A stretch of DNA of 64,000 bases from assembly GCF_036321535.1 (NCBI RefSeq), contig NC_087436.1:34350001-34414000 (forward strand). Direction: 5' to 3'. The notes below the pieces were generated by a model. It had not been told where the DNA came from, made no database searches, and saw only the letters and a list, made by a program, of their open reading frames with translations. Positions 29,630 to 39,430 of the stretch are shown piece by piece; position 1 is the stretch's first letter, and the number at the start of each line of letters is the position of its first letter. The translations under genes were made by a program, and so were the position numbers. Origin of the DNA: Camelus dromedarius. Its lineage: Eukaryota.

Positions 29630-32600
29630 ATGTAGAAGCATATACAGTATTTCCTTCCATTTAAACCTCAAGTTCCATGTGAGACCACCCACCTAAATTC
29701 CTCTTCTCTCTTTGAGTTTTCTGACAATTCTCAGTTCATTTGTAGAACAGAGAGAACTGGTATATCTTTATGTCCTTAGTTCAATTAACGATCAAGATCG
29801 AATTTACCAGCTTCCTCCATTCCCCTTGCTTCTCTCTCTTGCTTATTTCTGAGGCATGAGAACACACATGCCAGTATTGGCTCTTCTACCATCTCATTCA
29901 GGAAACATGTACTGAGCATCTGCTGTACATCAGGTAACATACTAGGCTCTCAGAGATTATTATCAAGGAGATATTATACTAGGAGATAATAAAGATCAAT
30001 GAGACAAAGCCTCTCACCTTCAGAAGTTCAACCCAGTCCCTAAGTTCCATGTTCCTATAAAACACTTATTAAAAGAAAAATGCTGATTGATGTACTACAT
30101 CTCTATTAATTTTGTTGAACTTATAAGTGGTACAAAATGTACAATAGCTATTCTAACATAATCAAGACTCTTCTGAGAATACAAAGATACAAAATAAAAG
30201 GGTAACAAGCCTTGTGTCTGCAATCCAAAAGCCATCCTTCAAAGACACTCATTTGTGCCAAAGTTTTAGGTATGAGAGGTAGGGATAGTGAAGGTATTCA
30301 ACCAGGAAGATCTCTGGAGTGAGCAGTATTAGAGCCACAGTTTTCAGCGTCCCCCTCCACAAGTGTCAGAGCTCCAAAAAGAATGCAGATTAAATCATTT
30401 CTCTTTTACCCACGGACCCTTTGCTTGCCCATGGAATGCGATCAGCCATGACTCTAGCCAGAAACCTGAGTAAGCAACCAAGACTCCTATCAGTGTGCAT
30501 GAATAAATTGTGAAATAATGCATTGGAGCAAAGTTTGCACATGGAAACAAACAATTGAAAAATCACCTCTGACAACCAGAGGTAACCTACAACTGCTTCT
30601 TGCAGAATCATGGTAAATTAATGTTTGAGCAGAAGGAAAAAAAAAAAGAACTTTATTGTATATACTTGAAAGATGCAACCAATAATAATATGAAATTCTA
30701 GCTCCCAACTACTGCTTTCAATATTCTTTGGAGAAACACATTTGATTTTAATTTTAGGAGTGGTTGGAGCTTGGGAACTCCAACTTGGTTTACAATTTCA
30801 GCACTTTAGTTCACAGAAGAAACCCTGACAAACAATTTTTTTCACAAAAAAAATCATTATGATGAATCCTCTCCAGATTTTTAAATAAATAGAGTACAGT
30901 AAATATGAATAACTTTTCATACTGGTATTATTTGAGGTTAAAAAAGTAAGGCCCATAATCCCCTATTACTTACAAAATGATTTATAATTATTATTTTTAA
31001 TCTTCATGCCTATTGTTGTCTCTGCAATTTAAATCTTAAATTTAAAAATTTAAGCTAAGCCAATCTTTGCATATCTAATGGGTAAATAATAAGACTAAAT
31101 AAATCTCCCCATGATAACAATGGACATTTATTCTCATTCTCCATATAATTCTAATAAATGTAATACATTGAACCAAACAACCAATAACATAATTTGTTTT
31201 ACAGTTTAATAAATTTAGCTAAAGTCTAGAATGATAAATTGCCTATCTTTAATATTTCAGTTTTTAAACTCATTGAATCTCTTCATCTAAGAAATAATTC
31301 CAGAGAAGGAAGGTAGAGCGAGGGTGTGGGTTTAGGGGAGAAACAAGCCCAAACTGAAATCAAATTACATGTAAATCATGGCCCCATGTTAATCCACATA
31401 GCTCAACATGTAAGACTAAGGTTAAAGTCTTTAAAAAACTAATTAGGTAAAAGAGGACATGTGGGTTAGAAGTTTCTTCAGGGCTAAGTGAATATGATAA
31501 TACTGAACTCCACTTAGAATTACATCTCTAAGAATTATCAAGAATTATATCTATAATTATATCTCTAAAATCTTCTAGGCCATGAATATACTAGTTCGTC
31601 CATAGAACAGATATAGGTAGCTATTATGAATAAACTATTACAGGGGAGTCAAAAAGATAATAATAATAAATGAACGTTTTAAATGAAGAAAACCCCTCAC
31701 CTCTCTAAGAAAGAAAAGAAAGCAAGAAAAGAAACACATGAGCCTCAATTTCACTAGCATGTTGTGTCTGGGTTACTGCCAAGTATCACAAACCACATTT
31801 GATATTTTGTGTTTTTGGCTGACTGGCACCAGAATATCTTTGAAGGGAGTGGAGAGGGAGAGCTTCAGGAACAGCAGGCAAGAGCTTTTCAGAGTCTGGC
31901 TGTACCTTTTCTAGTTGATCATCATTACAACATTGGAAGTACTTCAATTACAAAACAAATCAATGATACACGGAGGCAGTAATAGCCAAAAATATACCCC
32001 AGGAAAAGCCAGGCTTGGAATTCTTTTGGCTTAGGCTAGGAAAAGCTAGTTTCTTACCCATCAGCAGACAAGAACAACTTGTACCTATGCCATGGCACTG
32101 AACAACACAGTTTTGTCTCAAGAAACAGCTTCTAATCTCTGATCATTCACAGCACATTATATGCTTTAGTTCAAGAGGGAAGAGAAAGGATTACCCTAAG
32201 TCAGAAGACGGTGCCTAAAATGCGAAGGCAGATGAAATCAGGAATCTCCCCAAACTTGGCTCGGCACATTAAAATTAGTCACTGTCTATAAAGAAACTGC
32301 CAAGACTGCTGAGGATGTGAAAGTTAATACCGTCCTGATGTAAACTATCCCCCATCCTCCGTTGCCACTCCCCCTAGATAGCTATTCCAGAATGCTGATT
32401 TCTACCAAAATGTTTCGTTTTGGAACAGGGATTTCTTAAGTCTGAAATTGCTCAGCCTCTATGACTTCCTTACCAGGCTGTCTTTAGTGCAGTGATTTAA
32501 CTTAGATAAGTGGATTTTTTGTTTGCACTTTTGAAATAGCTAGAGAGTTCTCCTTAGCCTTACTCATATGATTGCATGAGATGAAATATAAGGTAAAAAC

Positions 32601-32799
32601 TCTTCACTGGTTCTGACCAGGATGAAAGCTAAATTTTAGGTAATTCTTATTAGGCTCTGTGATAGAACATTTTTGTATGCTCTTGTCAGTACAATTAACA
32701 ATAAAAAATAAAGGTAAATCATTATGTAAAGGAAATATAGAGCAATCTTTCTAAAAAACACAGCAACAAATAATTCATAAGTGACTGCAAAATCATTAC

Positions 32800-35700
32800 C
32801 TCTGCTCTCTGTGTTCTGGGAAAAGCAGTTGATTTTTCTATGGCATAAACATCCACCAGGTAAAGACACGCTCCTTGCTCCCGGTCCAGAATGGCTGCAG
32901 TCTGAATCACGCCCGTTTGTCGTCCAATAGTAAAGAGACGTCCAACAGTTTTTTCTTCACAACGGACTGAAACAATGTAATACTCCACCGGGGCTTCAGA
33001 TCCTCTGGGGCTAGCTGCTTCTATTGATATTACGTTGGTGCCAATGGGTTCGCCTTCCTTCAAAATAGTTATATATTTGGGTTGCGTAAAAACAGGTCCA
33101 TCAAGGCCTTGAAGAATGACGGTCAATTCAGTGGTTGATTTCCTCCTCTCAGGGCCAAGGTCTGTTGCTGACACTATGAGATTATAGATCAGCTGAGAAG
33201 GCACCAGCGCCGAAGCCACTCTCAGGTCTCCACTGTAACGATCCACGATGAAGGTGTCTGTGTCCCCATTGATGATCTCATACTCCACCTCTCCGTTGGC
33301 CCCTTCATCTGGGTCAGCCGCCATAATTGTCGTCAGAACAGAACCAATCACAGCTGAAGGGTCTGCAGCAAGGGCGTTTTGTGATATAAACATGGGAACA
33401 TTGTCATTGAGGTCTGTAACCAAAATGGTCACGTTTTTCAAAGCATACCTTCTGGTTTCTATAGGCACTGCTTGATCATTGGCTTTTACAGTTAGCTCAA
33501 AGAGATTAGCAAATTCCCGATCTATTTCAGCATTAGTATATATAGTGCCCTTGACTTCATCTATGCCAAAGTGGTTGCCCCTTGGCATCTGCTGAATGAT
33601 CGTATAGGAGAGTTGCCCATTAATGTCCGCATCAGGGTCATGTGCAGTCACTGAAATGACAGACGTTCCAATGGGAATGTTCTCAACAATAGACTTGAAA
33701 ATATCCCCAGGAGGAAAGCTAGGAGGATTGTCATTGAAGTCTCTCACGTGTATAACCACTGACATCGTAGATGAACGAGGAGGCCTTCCTTGGTCTTTTG
33801 CTGTTATATTTAATTTGTACAAAGACTGTGTTTCAAAGTCCAATTTTTTGGCAAGAAAAATACTCCCAGTGTTGGGGCTAATGCTAAAAGTCCCATGGTT
33901 GTTAGTCCCAGTAATACTGTAATGTAAATCAGCATTGTCACCTGAATCTGAATCAGTGGCAGTAACAGAGGACACGAGTTCACCAATTCTCATATTTTCC
34001 AAAACGTCAACAAATAGAGTTGATTTAGGGAAGGAAGGGGTATTGTCATTTTCATCTAAAATATCAATATTTAAGGTACAAGTTGAATTGAGGGAGACTG
34101 CCCCTGAATCCACCGCTTGAATTACAAGGGAATAGGTAGCTGTTGCTTCGTAGTCTAAGGTGCCAATCAGTGTCACCTGACCAGAGGTACTATCTATGGC
34201 GAACTGTCTCTCTTCATTTCCTTTTATTACAGAATAATGAATAAGTCCATTACTACCTTCATCAACATCTGAGGCCGAAACTCTTAAAACCTGGGTCAGG
34301 TTGGCTGCTGACTCTGATATTGTAGCTTGGTAAAAGTCTTTTAAAAACTTGGGAGCATTATCGTTTATATCCTTCATGTACACATGTATGGTGGCCTGAT
34401 CCTTGAGGGGCTGAGGGAGCCCCTGATCTGTTGCAATGACTGTAAAGCTAAACACTGCAGTCCCCCTCCGCCTCATAAGAGACTCCCTGTCAAACTGATG
34501 AGTATTTGTAATTTCCCCACTAACTGCATGCAACTCAAAATCTGGCTGCACCGTTTCAAAAGAATACCTTACTTCTCCATTTGGCCCAAAGTCTTTATCT
34601 ATAGCACTTACTTTGCCCACAAATGACCCTGCTCTCTGTTCTTCTTCAAAGTAAAATGTGTAACTGGTACTGTTAAAAAGAGGTCTGTTATCATTTACAT
34701 CTTCTAAAATTATAGTAACATTCACAGTAGCACTAAGGGGTTCCACTGCTCTGTCAGAAGCAACCACCAGTAAAACATATCTGTCTTGAAGTTCACGGTC
34801 CAGTTCACTTTTTATATACAATTGACCATCTGGGAATATGCCAAAAGCATCCCCTGTATTTCCTTCAGCAATGCTGTATGCAATTTCCCCATTTGCTCCT
34901 GAATCTTTATCAAAAGCTTGCACTTTAAAGAATCGAGAATTCACAGGTTCTGACTCAGAAAGGGTGACCTCATATGAAAGCTGGTCAAACACTGGTGGGT
35001 TGTCATTCACATCATGGACATAAACTGTTAAGATGAAACTAGAGGAGAGCTGGGGAACACCCAGATCAGATGCCAAGATCTCTATCTGGTAGGAACCAGC
35101 ATGGACATCCAGGGGACCTAGCAGACTAATGTTACCATTCTTTTCATTGATAGCAAAGAGGTTCTTGGGGTTTTGCTTCAGGCTATAGAGTACCATGCCA
35201 TTGACACCTTCATCAGGGTCCATAGCTTTGGCTTGGAAAATGCTGTGACCTGCCTGCCAATTCTCCACCACATTCACACTCTCTACTGCCTGAAGGAAAT
35301 GGGGAGAGTTGTCATTTAAATCCTTAACTGTTATGTTAACCACAGTGTCTCCAGTTATGGTGCCCCCACTGGCTACTACTTTCAGCTGATAGAAGGATTG
35401 CTCTTCTCTGTCAATCACACTTGCTGTGGTAAGCTGCCCAGTGACCTGGTTGATAGCAAACATACCTTTCTGATCCCCAGTAGTAATGAGATAAGTGATG
35501 TTGGAATTGAGATCCATGGTGGATGCAGACACACTACCCACATGATATCCCAGAGCCACATTCTCAAAGACCACGAAGCTATAGGCAGCCTGGCTGAATA
35601 CAGGTGGGTTGTCTTGAGTGTCCAATACAGTGATGGTGACTATTGCCTGGTTGGGAGACTGTAAATTGCCACCATCAGTAGCCACTATTTGCAACTGGTA

Positions 35701-37974
35701 AGCAGTTTTTTCTTCTCTGTCTAGGGCCATTCTTGTAGAAATAACCCCACTCTGAGCATTGACCTGAAACCGAGACCTGTCCCCAGCTGACATACTATAT
35801 TTGACAGTCCCATTGAGACCCAAATCTGGGTCAGTGGCAGACACTGTGGTGATGTAGCTACCTCCAGGCTCATTCTCCTGAATATGAGCAAAGTACTGGA
35901 CAGGGTAGAACACAGGGCTGTTGTCATTAATATCCAGAAGACTCACATTTATACGAGCCATTGATGACTGGGGAGGGGAGCCCAGATCCGTGGCCAGAAC
36001 CAATAGGGAGTAGAAAGCTTGCTCCTCTCTGTCCAAGGAGGAGATAGTACTCAACCTCCCAGACACAGGATCCAGTCGGAATGACCTCTGGTCAGTCTCA
36101 GCCTCTTGTAGGGAGAAACGCACTGTCCCATTGTCACCCAAGTCCCCATCAGTTGCCCCAAGCACCAGGAGTTCTGTCCCTGTAGGAGCATTCTCAACCA
36201 CAGACACCTCATATCCTTCCGGCTGGCTAAACACTGGCTTTTCATCATTCACATCCAGTAGAGTTACTACCAGCTGGGCATAGGAAACTTTGGGGTGAAC
36301 TCCCTGGTCCCGAGCACTGATATTCAGTACAATCTGAGAAGCAAGTTCACGGTCCAAGCCCCCAGCAAGCCCAGTGGTCACCAGGCCGCTATGTTCACTG
36401 ATGTGGAACCAACCTAGTCCATTGCCAGAGACGATGCTGTAACGCAGATTAGCATTGAGACCAGAGTCGCCGTCAGTGGCAGATACTCCACTCACATAGC
36501 TTCCTGGGGGCGCCTCCTCGCTCAGGTTCACTCGGTACACTTGCTGTGCAAAGACGGGAGGGTGGTCATTGATGTCATTGACGAAAATCACCAAGCTTGC
36601 CACAGAAGAGCGCGCCTGGACCGCTGCGCCAGGGGGCGCCCCGTAGTTATCAGAGACAGAAACTGTTAGGTTGTAAGAAGGGATGCGCTCCCGGTCCAGG
36701 GCGCTGGCTACTTTGATGAGGCTCAGGTTCGGCACTTTGCTGCTCTGCACCTCAAAGTGGCGCTGCTCATTGCCCCCAAGAATCTGCACAGAGATGTTCC
36801 CGTTGGCCGCGGGGGAGTCTGCGTCCGTCACGGTGAGCAGAGCCACCACAGTGCCCACTTGAGCGTTCTCATCTACGGAGGCATAGCGTGAGGTGGCAGG
36901 GAAGTAGCGGAATTTTACCACGGGGTCGTTGTCGTTGACGTCCAGCAGCTGAATCAGCGCCTCGGCGCGCCCAGTGAGGGAAGGCACGCCTCGGTCCATA
37001 GCCTGCACGGTAAGCGAGTACTGGCGCCGGGCCTCGAAGTCCAGGGGCTCCCGCACCGTGATAAGCCCCGTTTCGGGGTCCATTTGGAACGGAGTCCCCT
37101 CGTCCTGCAGCCGATAGCGGATATCCGCGTTGGTGCCCTCGTCCGCATCCGCCGCCGCCACCTGGAGGACGCTGGAGCCCACCGCCGCGTCCTCAGGCAC
37201 CCCCGCCTGGTAGTGGGAACTGCCAAAAACCGGGGGATTGTCATTAATGTCCTGCACAGTCACATTTACCTGAAGGTAGCCCCGCCGCTTCGGCTCGCCC
37301 TTGTCCTCCACTTCCACCAGTAGCTGGTACTGTGGTGTGACCTCGCGGTCAAGCCCACCCTTAGACACCAGATGCAAGAACGCGCCCTCGCCACTCGGGT
37401 TCAGGGTGATGTCCAGGCGGAAGCGGCCCGCCTCGTTGCCCTGGATGATGCGATAGGAGCGGTGGTCCACACCATTGGAGCCGATATCCGAGTCGGTGGC
37501 CGTATCCAAGATGACTTGCCGCCCGCTGCTACTGTCCTCCTTGAACGTGACCACAATCGAAGGGTCCGGGAAGACGGGGGCGTTGTCGTTGAGGTCCTGC
37601 ACCAACACTCGCACTTCGGTGGGGTAGGTGGGCGAGCTGGAAAGAACCACCAGGTTGATCACGTCGCTGGGTAGGCTCTCGCGGTCGATGGTGGCAGTGG
37701 TGTACAGGGCTCCGGTGCTACTGTTTATGGCAAACAGGGCGTGGCTTTCGCTGAGCCGATAGGTGAAGCCTGGGCGCGTCTGGATGGTACCCACCAGCGT
37801 GCCGGGAGGTTGCTCCTCCAGCACCTGAAACACCTGGCGCTGCTCAGCCCCGCTGACACGGGCTGGCCCCGGGAGTAGTGACCACAGCCAAAAGATGCGA
37901 AGGAGCTGAAATAATGATAAAGGGGGCAGCGGGAGCCACGGGCGGCCAGGAGCCCTGTCTGCTGCCAAGTCCAT
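32800..37974 (-). CDS. FAT4: FAT atypical cadherin 4, first coding exon (partial CDS, 5175 nt = 1725 codons): signal peptide plus cadherin repeats EC1 to most of EC16
   Basis: Long ORF with MDLAADRAPGRPWLPL..., a hydrophobic signal segment, then QVFQVLEEQPPGTLVG and tandem cadherin repeats (PE, DRE/DFE, DxNDNxP). ATG in strong Kozak context (GGACCATGG). Ends at a phase-0 donor GCAGAG|GTAATG (32800/32799). The protein is recognisable as mammalian FAT4. Confidence 0.97.
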
Positions 37975-37990
37975 GGTCCTGGCTCCCTGG
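36450..37990. promoter_or_regulatory. Exonic CpG island covering the 5' part of FAT4 exon 2
   Basis: Frequent CpG and GC-ending codons over EC1-EC4/5, falling off sharply further 3' in the exon. Confidence 0.75.
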
Positions 37991-38030
37991 AACGGCGTGA
38001 TAAAGAGAAGGAAGAAGTGAGGCAAAAAGT
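37975..38030 (-). other. FAT4: Splice acceptor of FAT4 exon 2 (AG at 37988-37987; exon starts at 37986, 12 nt before the ATG) and its polypyrimidine tract
   Basis: Minus strand reads ...CTCACTTCTTCCTTCTCTTTATCACGCCGTTCCAG|GGAGCCAGGACCATG. Confidence 0.88.
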
Positions 38031-38415
38031 GTGATGATGACAGGGATTAAGCAGCCCTAGCAAACATGCAGCAGATGGCTCTGTCTGAGAGCTCTGCTAT
38101 TTCAAAGAACCTCCAGCCCAGCAGAAGCAAGTCGCATCAGCAAAAGGCTCCAGGTAGCCATTTGGACGCTTACTGGGAGAGAGATGCCTTGAGGAAAAGC
38201 AGCAGGGCATTCCTCTGGACACTCCTGTCTCCTGTGCTTTGATGAGTTCCCAGAAAAGTTTCTCAAACCTCCTACATTTTCCCCCTTCACTTTGTTTTTG
38301 AATACAGAGTCTGAGCTTTTTCGCCCGGGTAGATGTGAGTTGCGAGAGATTGCCTGTAGTTAAGGTATATGAGGAATCATTGCAAACAACTGTCTTCAGA
38401 AACTTTAGAACTTAC

Positions 38416-39321
38416 CCACGGCGAAGAAACTGAAGAGGGAAGGACAACCGTCCGTAGCGATGTGTGGAAAAAACGACTACGCACGGGGAAGGGGGCGACG
38501 GGGAACCGAGAGATTATCGAATTCCTTTCCCAAAAGCCGAAGAAAAGGGACTTCGAGTCCCCACTCCTCAAGAACAAGGCTGCAACGCCCCTCCAGCAAG
38601 GCTGCAGAAGTGGCCGCTGAGGCCCAGGCGGCGGCGTCTGAGCGCGGGCAGCGAGCAAACTGCGTTCCAAGCGCTCGCGTTGGCGCTAGGGCTCCGGTAC
38701 CCGGGAGCGCTCAGCTCCGTCCCTTCTCTTCCAGCAGCCGCCGCCGCCGCCCCTGCTGCTGCTTCGAACCCGTAGTCGGGCTCAGGCAAAATCCAGAGCT
38801 TCTAGGCATTTTAAAATTTATTTATTTATTATTTTTACCTCTGCTGGGACGCCTGTCGACCCATTATTTGTACATCCAAATCGAGCGCCGGTCCCCCTTT
38901 CTTCTCGGCCTCGCCGGGGTCGGGCAGGAGCAGCGCTCCCCTCCCCTCACCATGCCAGGAGGCTCCTTCTCCCGCGCCCCAGTCAGAGAAGCCCACTCTA
39001 GTGCGCCTCGCCCCTGACCTCGTGCCCTTTGCTTTTATTGTCCCGTGTCAGTTTCACTTTGTAATCCACAAGGCTTTTTGTTTGGGGCGGGGTGGGGGTG
39101 GTTGGTCCCTCTTTCTCCTTCACTGTTGGTGGTGGAGGCGGGTAAGTCGACGCTGGGCTGTGGCGACGCCTTCAGCAGCTCCGGACCGCGGCTGTCAGCG
39201 CTCTCCCTCTCGCCTGCCTGGGCTGAAGGTAGTACCGCCGTGGAGCTGGAGCTCAGCGAGCCCCTCTCAACCTCCGGCTGGTCCCTCACACTCTCCCCGC
39301 CCCTTCCCCGCCGCACGCGCG

Positions 39322-39371
<50 letters not shown>

Positions 39372-39430
39372 CACAGAGCGCGTCGCCGAAACACAAACAG
39401 AGGGGGAGGGAAGACCGCAAGCTGGAGCAG
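38416..39430 (-). other. FAT4: FAT4 non-coding exon 1 (5' UTR); 5' boundary/TSS approximate
   Basis: Consensus donor CGTGG|GTAAGT at 38416/38415 gives a 429-bp intron to the exon 2 acceptor. Lies in a CpG island. The TSS is inferred from my recollection of a ~1 kb first exon in human FAT4 and cannot be seen directly. Confidence 0.7.
39312..39375. repeat. Compound (CG)7(CA)n microsatellite, uninterrupted purine-pyrimidine alternation
   Basis: cgcacgcgcgcgcgcgcgc(ac)17gcacacacaca read directly. Confidence 0.97.

Larger units (their letters stand above)
1..32799 (-). other. FAT4: FAT4 intron 2 (runs off the window start)
   Basis: Begins with GTAATG after the exon 2 donor. AT-rich and repeat-containing, with no further cadherin-coding ORF of 60 aa or more in the track. 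Confidence 0.85.

Noticed and set aside
33248..37674. Multiple + strand and alternate-frame ORFs overlapping FAT4 exon 2
   Set aside because: Antisense or frame shadows of a long coding exon, with no independent domain signal
37975..38025. 17-aa N-terminal extension of the 1767-aa ORF (MPHFFLLF...)
   Set aside because: It starts at TTG inside the intron 1 polypyrimidine tract; the real start is the Kozak ATG at 37974
39171..39192. REST/RE1-like TTCAGCAGCTCCGGACCGCGGC
   Set aside because: Half-site spacing is one base off and both half-sites have mismatches
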